This document shows positions 17,074 through 25,282 of a stretch of 34,845 nucleotides of DNA, piece by piece; position 1 is the stretch's first letter; each line of letters starts with the position of its first letter. The notes under the pieces are model-generated. The model was not told the origin of the DNA. It saw only the letters and a list, made by a program, of their open reading frames with translations, and did not search any database. The stretch spans positions 1 through 34,845 of the forward strand of contig CAZXMB010000005.1 of assembly GCA_964641715.1 (NCBI GenBank), given 5' to 3'. A program made the translations under genes and the position numbers. Origin of the DNA: an uncultured Syntrophaceae bacterium (GTDB taxonomy: Bacteria > Desulfobacterota > BSN033 > UBA1163).

Positions 17074-18546
17074 ATGGCTCTTCGCATCTACAATACCCTT
17101 TCCGGCAAAAAAGAGGATTTCATTTCCCTTCAGGGGAAAAGGATCGGGATGTATGCCTGCGGGGTGACGGTCTATGACCTCTGTCATATCGGTCACGCCA
17201 GATCAGCGATCGTCTTCGATACGATCTACCGATACCTCCGGTACCGTGGATATGAGGTTACTTTCGTTCGAAACTTCACCGATATTGACGATAAGATCAT
17301 CAAAAGGGCAAATGAAGAGGGCGTGGATTGTAAAACGATCGCCGAGAAGTATATCGGCGAATTTCATCTCGACATGGGAAGGCTCGGTCTGGAGAGGCCG
17401 TCGGCCGAACCCAGAGCCACCGAACACATTTCTGAAATGATTGGCCTAATCTCCGTCCTCCTTGAGAAAGGCTATGCCTATCAGAGGGAAGGGGATGTCT
17501 TTTATTCGGTTGAAAAATTCAAAGACTATGGGAAACTCTCCAAAAGGAATTTGGAGGAGATGCAGGCCGGTGCCCGGGTGGAGATTGATGAGAAGAAGGA
17601 AAACCCTCTCGACTTCGCCCTCTGGAAGGCCAGTAAACCCGGAGAACCCTCCTGGGAGAGCCCCTGGGGGAAAGGAAGGCCGGGCTGGCATATCGAATGC
17701 TCCGTGATGAGCCAGAAATATTTGGGTGAGACCCTGGACATCCATGGCGGCGGAAAAGACCTCATCTTCCCACACCATGAAAATGAGATTGCCCAGTCTG
17801 AAGCGGCCACCGGAAAACCCTTTGCCCGCTACTGGATCCACAATGGCTTTGTCAACCTGAACAAAGAGAAGATGTCCAAATCCCTTGGAAACATCCTGAC
17901 GATTAAGGAAATCCTCAAGGACTGGCACCCCGAGGTCCTCCGGCTCTTTTTCCTTTCCCACCATTACCGGAGTCCGGTGGATTATTCGGATGATAGTTTT
18001 AACGAGGCCAAATCAGGATTGGATCGGTTTTATACGACTCTCCGCGCCGTTCAGGGAGAGTTAAAAAGACCTGCACTCCCCAAGAAGAAAATAGATTCTC
18101 ATGTGATGGATGACTCCCGGAAGGCCATCGAATCCTTTCAGACCCGGTTTGAAGAGGCAATGGATGACGATTTCAATACGGCCCAGGCCCTCGGACACTT
18201 CTATGACCTCCAGACACAATTAAATAGCCTTTTGACTCTTTCAAAAAACCAGCCTACTGAAGAGATGGTTGTTCTATTTCAAAAGGGACTCGATGCCTTT
18301 TCAAAAATGGGCTGGGTCTTCGGGTTATTCAGGAATGACCCGCAGGCCTATTTAAACGAACAGAAAAGAGCAGGGCTTAAGAAAATGGGTATCTCTGAGG
18401 AGGAAATTATCAGGCTCATTGATGAAAGAGATGGAGCCCGGAGGGAAAAGGACTGGAAGAAGGCTGACGAAATCCGGAATCATCTCCTTTCAAAAGGAAT
18501 TGCCTTGGAGGATACGTCCTCCGGAACAGGCTGGAAAATCAAATAA
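17074..18546 (+). CDS. cysS: Cysteine--tRNA ligase
   Basis: 490 aa. It has CGVTVYDLCHIGHARS (HIGH), KMSKSLGN and WHIECS. Confidence 0.95.
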   Translation: MALRIYNTLSGKKEDFISLQGKRIGMYACGVTVYDLCHIGHARSAIVFDTIYRYLRYRGYEVTFVRNFTDIDDKIIKRANEEGVDCKTIAEKYIGEFHLDMGRLGLERPSAEPRATEHISEMIGLISVLLEKGYAYQREGDVFYSVEKFKDYGKLSKRNLEEMQAGARVEIDEKKENPLDFALWKASKPGEPSWESPWGKGRPGWHIECSVMSQKYLGETLDIHGGGKDLIFPHHENEIAQSEAATGKPFARYWIHNGFVNLNKEKMSKSLGNILTIKEILKDWHPEVLRLFFLSHHYRSPVDYSDDSFNEAKSGLDRFYTTLRAVQGELKRPALPKKKIDSHVMDDSRKAIESFQTRFEEAMDDDFNTAQALGHFYDLQTQLNSLLTLSKNQPTEEMVVLFQKGLDAFSKMGWVFGLFRNDPQAYLNEQKRAGLKKMGISEEEIIRLIDERDGARREKDWKKADEIRNHLLSKGIALEDTSSGTGWKIK

Positions 18547-18591
18547 GGTCAGTCGAATTTTTTTGAAACCCGCTACTCCATCATTCCATGA

Positions 18592-18621
18592 TCCCTGTTG
18601 CAGGGAGGTTATTCTCTTTTT
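18592..18621 (+). terminator. Weak terminator-like hairpin after cysS
   Basis: TCCCTG-TTG-CAGGGA (18592-18606) is followed by GGTTATTCTCTTTTT. The stem is short and the T-tract is interrupted. Confidence 0.25.
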
Positions 18622-18725
18622 AACCACCGGATCAATGCGTTCACCTGGGTGGTGAGATAGGAGACCATGATGATGAGGATCACTAAAAGAAATGTGTTCG
18701 TATTAACAATCCACAGGATATTCAT
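18609..18725 (-). CDS. Candidate 38-aa single-pass membrane mini-protein (MNILWIVNTNTFLLVILIIMVSYLTTQVNALIRWLKRE)
   Basis: GAGGAGG lies 5 nt upstream of the ATG at 18723-18725 (reverse). There is one hydrophobic helix and a basic C-terminal tail. The ORF overlaps the last 23 nt of the epimerase gene in another frame and is below the ORF-track size cutoff. Confidence 0.3.
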   Translation of the reverse strand: MNILWIVNTNTFLLVILIIMVSYLTTQVNALIRWLKRE

Positions 18726-19698
18726 CTCTTCCTCCTCTTCTCGAATCAGCCTTATACCAATCGACGAATCGTTTAATCCCCTCCTCGATTTTAACTCGGG
18801 GTTGATATCCTAACATCCGGCTCGCCTTCCGGATGTCGGCATAGGTCACCGTGACATCTCCCTGCTGGGGTTCTAACCTTTGAATCCTCGCCTTTTTCCC
18901 GAGGGCCTCCTCGATCAGCCGGATCAATTCCATGAGGGAGGTGGTCCGGGATTCTCCGAGATTATAAACCTCAAAGCCTTTGTGATGACCGAGCACAGCC
19001 ATCATCCCATCGATGAGGTCATCGATATAGGTATAATCCCTCCGTGAAGAGCCATCGCCATACATTGGAATCTCCTCGCCATGATCCGTCAGCCGGGTGA
19101 ATTTGTGGATCGCCATTTCGGGCCTCTGCCCGGGGCCATAAGCCGTAAAGATCCGGAGACAGGACATCTCCATTTGATAGAGGTGGTGGTAGCAATAGCA
19201 GAGAAGTTCTCCGGCCCTTTTGGTGATTCCATAGGGAGAGATGGGATGAATGTTCAAATCCTCCTCGGAGAAGGGAACCCTCTGATTCTCTCCATAGACA
19301 GAAGAGGAGGAAGCAAAGATGAACTTCTTGACCCCGAACTCCCTGCAGGCCTCCAGGAGAAGAATGGTCCCCCGCAGATTGACATCTTCATAAAGTTGAG
19401 GATCGGCAATGGAGGGCCTTACCCCGGCTCTGGCCGCCAGGTGAAAAACGATATCGATCGGATATTTTTTGAAGGCCTCCTGAAGGTGTCCACGGTTCCT
19501 GATATCCCCGGTGATCAGGGTGAACGGGTCCGGATATTTTTTGGTGATTTCTTTTACATTTCTGATTTTGATCTCGGGGTCGTAAAAGGAATCAAAGTTA
19601 TCGAAACAAATCACGCGGGCCCCTTCCCTGAGAAGACGTCCGCAGAGATGGGAACCGATGAACCCTGCGCCTCCAGTGACCAGAATGGTGCTCATCAT
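18703..19698 (-). CDS. NAD-dependent nucleotide-sugar epimerase/dehydratase (UDP-glucuronate/UDP-glucose 4-epimerase-like, extended SDR)
   Basis: It has ILVTGGAGFIGSH (Rossmann), SSSSVYG and the YGITKRAGE (YxxxK) motif. The start abuts the MFS gene stop. Confidence 0.9.
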   Translation of the reverse strand: MMSTILVTGGAGFIGSHLCGRLLREGARVICFDNFDSFYDPEIKIRNVKEITKKYPDPFTLITGDIRNRGHLQEAFKKYPIDIVFHLAARAGVRPSIADPQLYEDVNLRGTILLLEACREFGVKKFIFASSSSVYGENQRVPFSEEDLNIHPISPYGITKRAGELLCYCYHHLYQMEMSCLRIFTAYGPGQRPEMAIHKFTRLTDHGEEIPMYGDGSSRRDYTYIDDLIDGMMAVLGHHKGFEVYNLGESRTTSLMELIRLIEEALGKKARIQRLEPQQGDVTVTYADIRKASRMLGYQPRVKIEEGIKRFVDWYKADSRRGGRDEYPVDC

Positions 19699-20877
19699 TT
19701 AGCCCCCCTGTTTTTTTTCAAGAGGATATTTAAGCCATAAGCCCAGAACGAATGCAATTAAGGGTAAGGCAAAGATCGCTTTAATGGCCATGGGTACTCC
19801 CCAGGCATCTGCGATTGTTCCAAGGAGGGTGACACCGGTTCCTCCCGCACTCATGGTAAACCCGACCAACATCCCTGAGGCCATCCCCAAGTTTTGGGGG
19901 AGGATTGTCTGGGCCATCACAGTGGTGAGCGCAAAGGTGGAGATCAATACCATTCCTGAAATGCCTAAAAGGATGAAACTCATCAAGCCACTGCTGTTAT
20001 AGAAAAGCAGGAGAAGGGGAAAGGAGAGTAAGAGGGTGATTAATAGAAATCGTTTATGTCCCATTCGGTCTGCTAAGGGAGCGCCCAGGAGAGTTCCCAG
20101 GGCTCCGGAGAGGAGAAAGGTTGAAACGAGCTTCCCGGCATAGAGCGGATTCCCTTTGAGGTAATTGATGTAATAAAAGGGGATGTAAGTGGCCAGGCCA
20201 AATTGGGTTGTTGCTCTCACCGTGGCAATGGCAATGAGAAGAAAGAAAGATTTCTTTTGATCCTTAGAAAGAGGTGCCCTGGATACCTTCCCCGTTTCTC
20301 TGTGGGCGGATTCGACCGGAGTCCTAAGCATCGGCATATTCAGGAACAGGATGATTCCGATCAGGATCCCCGGGGGAAGCAGTCCGAGGGTTCCCTTGAT
20401 GCTGAAAAAAGTGAGAAGGGTAAGGCCGAGGATCGGACCCAGGGCTATTCCTAAATTACCGCCCACTGCAAAAATGGACATTCCCGTTGCCTTTCTCTCT
20501 CCGGTGAAGAAGTAAGCGGTCTTAAACCCTTCGGGATGGAAGGCGGCAATCCCGCTTCCACTGATCATGACAAAGAGGAGGACCAGAGGGTAACTCGACA
20601 TGAACCCCGTGAGGGACATGCCCAAACAGGCGATGAAGGGAGCCAATGGGAGGAACCACCCGATCGGGCGCCTGTCGGAGAGGTGTCCGAAGAGGGGTTG
20701 GATAATCGAGGAGGTCAGGTTGGCCGAAAGAAGAATGGCACCCGAGAGGGTATAGGAGAGGTTCAGGGCCTCTTTGAAAAAAGGGAGGATCGCGGGAAGG
20801 GACCCCTGGTTGAGGTCCGTTACGAAATGAGAAACGCTGAGAATGGCGAGCGCCTTCTTGTTGATCTTTCCTGCCAT
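19699..20877 (-). CDS. MFS transporter, Fsr (fosmidomycin-resistance)-like subfamily
   Basis: 392 aa with about 12 TM segments. The N-terminal motif is SHFVTDLNQGSLPAILPFF...GHLSDR. Confidence 0.88.
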   Translation of the reverse strand: MAGKINKKALAILSVSHFVTDLNQGSLPAILPFFKEALNLSYTLSGAILLSANLTSSIIQPLFGHLSDRRPIGWFLPLAPFIACLGMSLTGFMSSYPLVLLFVMISGSGIAAFHPEGFKTAYFFTGERKATGMSIFAVGGNLGIALGPILGLTLLTFFSIKGTLGLLPPGILIGIILFLNMPMLRTPVESAHRETGKVSRAPLSKDQKKSFFLLIAIATVRATTQFGLATYIPFYYINYLKGNPLYAGKLVSTFLLSGALGTLLGAPLADRMGHKRFLLITLLLSFPLLLLFYNSSGLMSFILLGISGMVLISTFALTTVMAQTILPQNLGMASGMLVGFTMSAGGTGVTLLGTIADAWGVPMAIKAIFALPLIAFVLGLWLKYPLEKKQGG

Positions 20878-21052
20878 TTCCTCTTACCGGAGTCTCATTA
20901 TCAATGATCGGAAAACTCCTTGTCAAATGGTATTTACCAAAGAGGTGCCACCATGGTCTGGTGCGGCGCTCGGTGCCGGGGGAAGTTACAAGATTGCCAG
21001 GTGCAATAGACATTTGGCCATTTTTTGATTATGATAGCAATAGGAGGCGAGG

Positions 21053-21826
21053 ATGAAGATTGCGATTTCCGGGAAGGGCGGAGTTGGAAAGACCACACTG
21101 GCAGGTGTGATGGCCCGTCTGTTGGCTGCGGAGGGGAAGAAGGTTCTTGCCATTGATGCCGATCCGGATTCGAACCTGGCATCCGCCATCGGTCTCCCCA
21201 GAGAAGTTTCAGCCAAACTCTCTCCGATCGCCTCCATGACTTCCCTGATCGAGGAGAGGACAGGAGCGAAAAAGGGGTCATTTGGCTCCATGTTCAAACT
21301 CAATCCAAAGGTGGATGATATTCCCGATGAATTGGGTGTGACTTACCAGGGCGTGAGACTTCTCCTTTTGGGGTGTATCCCCCAGGGAGGAGGAGGTTGC
21401 TTCTGCCCTGAAAATGTACTCCTGAAGAATCTGGTTCGTCATATTCTGGTTCAGCGGGAGGAGGCCCTGATCATTGATATGGAAGCGGGTCTGGAGCATC
21501 TGGGAAGAGGGAGCACAGGTTATGTGGATGGACTTCTCATTGTGGTCGAACCGGGTCAAAGGGCGATCAACACCGCCAGGCAGATCAGGAAACTGGGGGA
21601 GGATTTGAATATCAAGAAGATGATGATTGTTGGAAACAAGATCAATTCGGAACAGGACCGGAAAATGATCGAAGAGAACCTTGCCGATTTTCCGGTTTTA
21701 GGGCATATGAGGTTTAATCCCAAGGTCCTTGAGGCCGACCGGGAGGGAAAGTCCCCTTATGATCTTGACGATCAGGTCAAAGAAGAGGTAAGGGTTATCC
21801 TTCGAGAGTTAGAAAAGAGGATATGA
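21053..21826 (+). CDS. CooC/AcsF-type P-loop ATPase (Ni-insertion accessory protein family, MinD/ParA-like)
   Basis: It has a deviant Walker A motif (GKGGVGKTT), AIDADPDSNL, and the CxC metal motif GGGGCFCPEN. Confidence 0.85.
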   Translation: MKIAISGKGGVGKTTLAGVMARLLAAEGKKVLAIDADPDSNLASAIGLPREVSAKLSPIASMTSLIEERTGAKKGSFGSMFKLNPKVDDIPDELGVTYQGVRLLLLGCIPQGGGGCFCPENVLLKNLVRHILVQREEALIIDMEAGLEHLGRGSTGYVDGLLIVVEPGQRAINTARQIRKLGEDLNIKKMMIVGNKINSEQDRKMIEENLADFPVLGHMRFNPKVLEADREGKSPYDLDDQVKEEVRVILRELEKRI

Positions 21827-21855
21827 AAAGTTGTCATTAGGAGGAGTTACTCTCC

Positions 21856-21890
21856 TGTCATTGCGAGGGGACAAAGTCCCCGAAGCAATC
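21856..21890 (+). repeat. Left inverted repeat of the GIY-YIG cassette
   Basis: TGTCATTGCGAGGGGACAAAGTCCCCGAAGCAATC, with an internal GGGGAC/GTCCCC hairpin. Confidence 0.6.
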
Positions 21891-21934
21891 TCTTTGGCTC
21901 GGAGCATGCTCCATAATCTCTTCTACGAAGTTTT

Positions 21935-22225
21935 ATGGAGGAAAAACAATATTATGTTTATATTATGACGAATAAAAAGAATACAGTCCTTTACACGGGT
22001 ATCACCAACGATTTAAAGAGAAGAGTTTATGAACATAAAGCAAAGTTAGTAGAGGGCTTTACCAAGAGATACAATATCAGTAAATTGGTCTATTACGAAG
22101 TATCACGGGATGTAGAAAGTGCCATTTTAAGAGAGAAACGGATTAAAGGGGGCTCTCGGGCAAAGAAAATAAGATTGATTAACAGCATCAACCTTGAATG
22201 GAAAGATCTTTATAACGACTTATAG
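21935..22225 (+). CDS. GIY-YIG nuclease family protein (UPF0213-like, stand-alone)
   Basis: 96 aa: YYVYIMTNKKNTVLYTGITNDLKRRVYEH...REKRIKGGSRAKK. Confidence 0.85.
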   Translation: MEEKQYYVYIMTNKKNTVLYTGITNDLKRRVYEHKAKLVEGFTKRYNISKLVYYEVSRDVESAILREKRIKGGSRAKKIRLINSINLEWKDLYNDL

Positions 22226-22228
22226 CAG

Positions 22229-22257
22229 GATTGCTTCGCCTTCGGCTCGCAATGACA
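22229..22257 (-). repeat. Right inverted repeat of the GIY-YIG cassette
   Basis: The reverse complement reads TGTCATTGCGAGCCGAAGGCGAAGCAATC. It shares both ends with the left arm and has an internal GCC-GAA-GGC hairpin. Confidence 0.6.
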
Positions 22258-22312
22258 ATTAAAGAATGAGATTTTTCTTATGGTCCGTACGCTATTCGTT
22301 TGGTCTTGAATT

Positions 22313-22993
22313 GTGATCGCCACCCTGGTTCTGGGGTTCCTGGCCTTCCTCACCTATCCCTTTGACCGAAAAGGGAAGGTGGTCCATTATTATGCAAGGG
22401 TTTGGGGAAAGGCAGCCCTTTTGGCGAACGGAGTGAAGGTGAGATTGGAGGGATTGGAACACGTAAAGGGGAATGGGCCTTACGTCTTTATGTCAAACCA
22501 TCAGGGGAGTTATGATATCTTTGCCCTGCTGGGCCATCTCCCCTTTCAGTTTAAGTGGCTGGCCAAAAAGGAACTCTTTTCCATCCCCTTTTTCGGCTGG
22601 GCCATGGCTGCCGCAGGCTATATCAGCATCGATCGAGAGGGGACACGGAAGACCGTGGAAGCGATGAATCAAGCCGCACGCAAGATCCGGGATGGGATGT
22701 CCGTGGTCATCTTTCCGGAAGGGTCGCGGAGCCCGGATGGTACGATTCAACCCTTTAAGAAAGGGGGATTTACCCTGGCCATCAAATCGAGGGTTCCCAT
22801 CATCCCCATCGCTATTTATGGAAGCAGAGAGATTATGCCCAAAGACAGAATCACGGCCTCCTCCGGAGAGATTCGGATCCAGATGGGAAGCCCTATCGAG
22901 ACAGGTCATTGTTCTTTAAGAGAGAGAGAGATCCTGATGGCGAAAGTGAGAGAGAGCATCACCCGGAATTTCGAATTCATCTCAAAGGGATAA
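22313..22993 (+). CDS. plsC: 1-acyl-sn-glycerol-3-phosphate acyltransferase
   Basis: It has the NHQGSYD (HX4D) and FPEGSRS motifs. The GTG at 22313 is the only in-frame start. A PlsC-like N-terminal peptide is encoded from the ATG at 22266 in another frame (see findings). Confidence 0.85.
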   Translation: MIATLVLGFLAFLTYPFDRKGKVVHYYARVWGKAALLANGVKVRLEGLEHVKGNGPYVFMSNHQGSYDIFALLGHLPFQFKWLAKKELFSIPFFGWAMAAAGYISIDREGTRKTVEAMNQAARKIRDGMSVVIFPEGSRSPDGTIQPFKKGGFTLAIKSRVPIIPIAIYGSREIMPKDRITASSGEIRIQMGSPIETGHCSLREREILMAKVRESITRNFEFISKG

Positions 22994-22994
22994 G

Positions 22995-25271
22995 GTGAGG
23001 AAAGCGGTGGTTGAGGATTCCATCAAAGAGAAATTGAAGCGGGAGGTCACAGGCATTCTGCTTTTTGCCCTGGCCCTCTTTCTATTCCTGAGCTTGGTCT
23101 CCTATGATCCCATGGATCCTTCCTTTTTTTCCTATTCTTCCTCCAAGACAGGGCCGATCCATAACTGGATGGGTATCGTGGGGGCCTACGTCTCGGGTTT
23201 CCTGTTTCAGGGATGCGGATTTCCTTCTTTTCTCATCCCCCTGGTCCTGGGTTTTTATGCCTTCAGTTTCATCCTCCGCTGGGAATGGAAGTACCCCCTG
23301 CTCAAATTGGGAGGATGGCTGGTCATTCTATTTGCCACCTCTTCCCTTTTCAGCCTGTGGATGAGGCCTCTTCATCTGCACAGCCGGGAACTCCTGGGGG
23401 GAGGATTGATGGGGGAGGTTTTTTCAAAAAACCTTGTCCGATACTTTAACCTTCCGGGAGCAACCATCCTTTTGTTGGTGATTTTGATCCTTGCCTTTGT
23501 GATTGGGACAGGCATCTCTTTTATTGCCACCATTCGCCGGCTGGGAGGCGGGGTAAGAAGACTCGCCGAGAAGATCAGCACGTTCAAGATCATCCGAAAG
23601 GAACGTGCAGAGAGGGCCAAAAAGCTCGGAAAACAGAAGAAGGAAAGAGGGGAAATTCAGGAGGAAAAAAGAGAGGAGGAGAAGGAGGAGGCGAGGGAAA
23701 TTATTCCTGTAGTGGTGGAGGCTTCGAAGCTGCCTAAAAAACGGGAAGAGATCCCCAAGCAGGAGGCCTTCGAATTTGCAGAGTCGAAGAGGGAATTTGA
23801 GCTTCCACCCATTTCCCTTCTTGAGGCCGAGGTGGAGAAGAGACAGAAGATTGACCGCGACAGCCTGATCATGAACTCCAAAATTCTGGAGAAGAAACTT
23901 CTCGATTACGGAGTGGAAGGAAAGGTCGTGGAGGTGAGGCCGGGGCCGGTCATCACCGTCTATGAATTCGAACCTGCCCCCGGGGTGAAGGTCAGCCGGA
24001 TCGTAAGCCTGGTGGATGATTTGGCCCTGGCGTTGAGCGCAGTGACCATCCGGATTGTGGCCCCCATCCCGGGGAAATCCGTGGTCGGGATCGAAGTCCC
24101 CAATGCCAACAGGGAGACCGTCTATCTCAAAGAGATCGTTGATTCCGACCCCTTTCGGAATTCGAAAACGAAACTCTCCTTCGGGGTAGGGAAAGATATT
24201 TCAGGAGACCCTTTTGTGGTCGATCTGGTCAGGCTGCCTCACCTCCTGGTGGCTGGCTCCACCGGGTCCGGTAAGAGCGTCTCCATCAATTCGATGATCT
24301 GCAGTATCCTCTTCAAGGCCACTCCGGATGAAGTCCGGTTTCTGATGATCGACCCCAAGATGCTGGAGCTTTCAGACTATGAGGGCATTCCCCATCTTCT
24401 TCTTCCTGTCGTCACCAATCCCAAGAAGGCGGCCATTGCCCTTCATTGGCTGGTGGGAGAGATGGAGCGGAGATATACGATCCTGGCCGAAAAGGCGGTC
24501 AGAAATATTGAGCATTATCATCAGAGGATGGAAAAGGAGGAGAAGGAGAAAGGGAAAGTCTATAAGCGGAAGGGTGATCTCTTGGAGGGGGAGGAGAATA
24601 GAGAAGCCGAAAAAATGGAGAGGCTTCCCTACATCGTGGTGGTCATTGATGAGCTGGCCGATCTGATGATGATCTCATCGAGGGAGGTGGAGGAATCGAT
24701 CACCCGGCTTGCGCAGATGGCCAGGGCGGTGGGCATCCATCTGATTTTGGCAACCCAGAGGCCTTCGGTGGATGTCCTTACGGGGATCATTAAAGCCAAT
24801 TTTCCCGCACGGATCTCCTTCCAGGTCACCTCGAAAGTGGATTCCCGGACCATTCTGGATACCATCGGAGCCGAGCATCTCCTTGGAACCGGAGACATGC
24901 TCTTTCTTCCCCCGGGAAGTTCAAAATTGATAAGGGTCCACGGTGCCTATGTTTCCAGCGGAGAGATTAAACGGGTCGTGGAATATCTGAAGAAGCAGGG
25001 GAAACCTTCTTATGACACCTCCATCCTCACCGAGGTGAAAAAGGAGAAGGAGACACGGGGTGAAGAGGATGAATATGACGAGAAATATGATGATGCGGTT
25101 GCCTTTGTCGGAGAGACCGGACAGGCCTCGATCTCCCTCATACAAAGACGATTCCGGATCGGTTACAACCGGGCCGCCCGTATCATCGAAAAGATGGAGG
25201 AGGAGGGGGTGGTGGGCCCCTCCGACGGGATCAAGCCGAGAGAGGTTCTGATTAAAAAGATAGAGCCATAA
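22995..25271 (+). CDS. ftsK: DNA translocase FtsK
   Basis: 758 aa. N-terminal TM segments and a charged linker precede the motor domain, which has GSTGSGKS (Walker A), VVVIDELADLMM (Walker B) and a C-terminal gamma winged helix (SISLIQRRFRIGYNRAARIIE). Confidence 0.95.
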   Translation: MRKAVVEDSIKEKLKREVTGILLFALALFLFLSLVSYDPMDPSFFSYSSSKTGPIHNWMGIVGAYVSGFLFQGCGFPSFLIPLVLGFYAFSFILRWEWKYPLLKLGGWLVILFATSSLFSLWMRPLHLHSRELLGGGLMGEVFSKNLVRYFNLPGATILLLVILILAFVIGTGISFIATIRRLGGGVRRLAEKISTFKIIRKERAERAKKLGKQKKERGEIQEEKREEEKEEAREIIPVVVEASKLPKKREEIPKQEAFEFAESKREFELPPISLLEAEVEKRQKIDRDSLIMNSKILEKKLLDYGVEGKVVEVRPGPVITVYEFEPAPGVKVSRIVSLVDDLALALSAVTIRIVAPIPGKSVVGIEVPNANRETVYLKEIVDSDPFRNSKTKLSFGVGKDISGDPFVVDLVRLPHLLVAGSTGSGKSVSINSMICSILFKATPDEVRFLMIDPKMLELSDYEGIPHLLLPVVTNPKKAAIALHWLVGEMERRYTILAEKAVRNIEHYHQRMEKEEKEKGKVYKRKGDLLEGEENREAEKMERLPYIVVVIDELADLMMISSREVEESITRLAQMARAVGIHLILATQRPSVDVLTGIIKANFPARISFQVTSKVDSRTILDTIGAEHLLGTGDMLFLPPGSSKLIRVHGAYVSSGEIKRVVEYLKKQGKPSYDTSILTEVKKEKETRGEEDEYDEKYDDAVAFVGETGQASISLIQRRFRIGYNRAARIIEKMEEEGVVGPSDGIKPREVLIKKIEP

Positions 25272-25282
25272 AGGAGGAGCGG

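Larger units (their letters stand above)
21856..22257 (+). mobile_element. GIY-YIG ORF cassette bounded by imperfect inverted repeats
   Basis: The left arm is TGTCATTGCGAG...GAAGCAATC (21856-21890). The right arm is GATTGCTTC...CTCGCAATGACA (22229-22257). The enclosed ORF is visibly more AT-rich than its neighbours. Confidence 0.55.

Noticed and set aside
17446-17964. A 172-aa ORF on the - strand, plus other internal ORFs within cysS.
   Set aside because: They are antisense to, or out of frame within, cysS, which carries canonical HIGH and KMSKS motifs.
18667-18820. A + strand mini-ORF starting ATGATGATG after AGGAGA.
   Set aside because: The SD-to-ATG spacing is only 3 nt. It runs antisense through the epimerase 3' end and the product has no membrane or motif character.
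19081-19740. A 219-aa ORF on the + strand.
   Set aside because: It is antisense to the SDR epimerase gene and has no motifs.
20522-21303. ORFs at 20522-21013, 20934-21281 and 20986-21303 (- strand) and at 20536-21028 (+ strand) around the MFS/cooC divergent region.
   Set aside because: They overlap the MFS transporter or the cooC-like gene in alternative frames. The products are Pro/Arg/Ser-rich and no SD is visible.
23590-23760. A purine-rich repetitive stretch (GAGGAGGAGAAGGAGGAGG...) inside ftsK.
   Set aside because: It encodes the charged, low-complexity Lys/Glu linker typical of FtsK between the membrane and motor domains. It is not a tandem DNA repeat element or a CRISPR.
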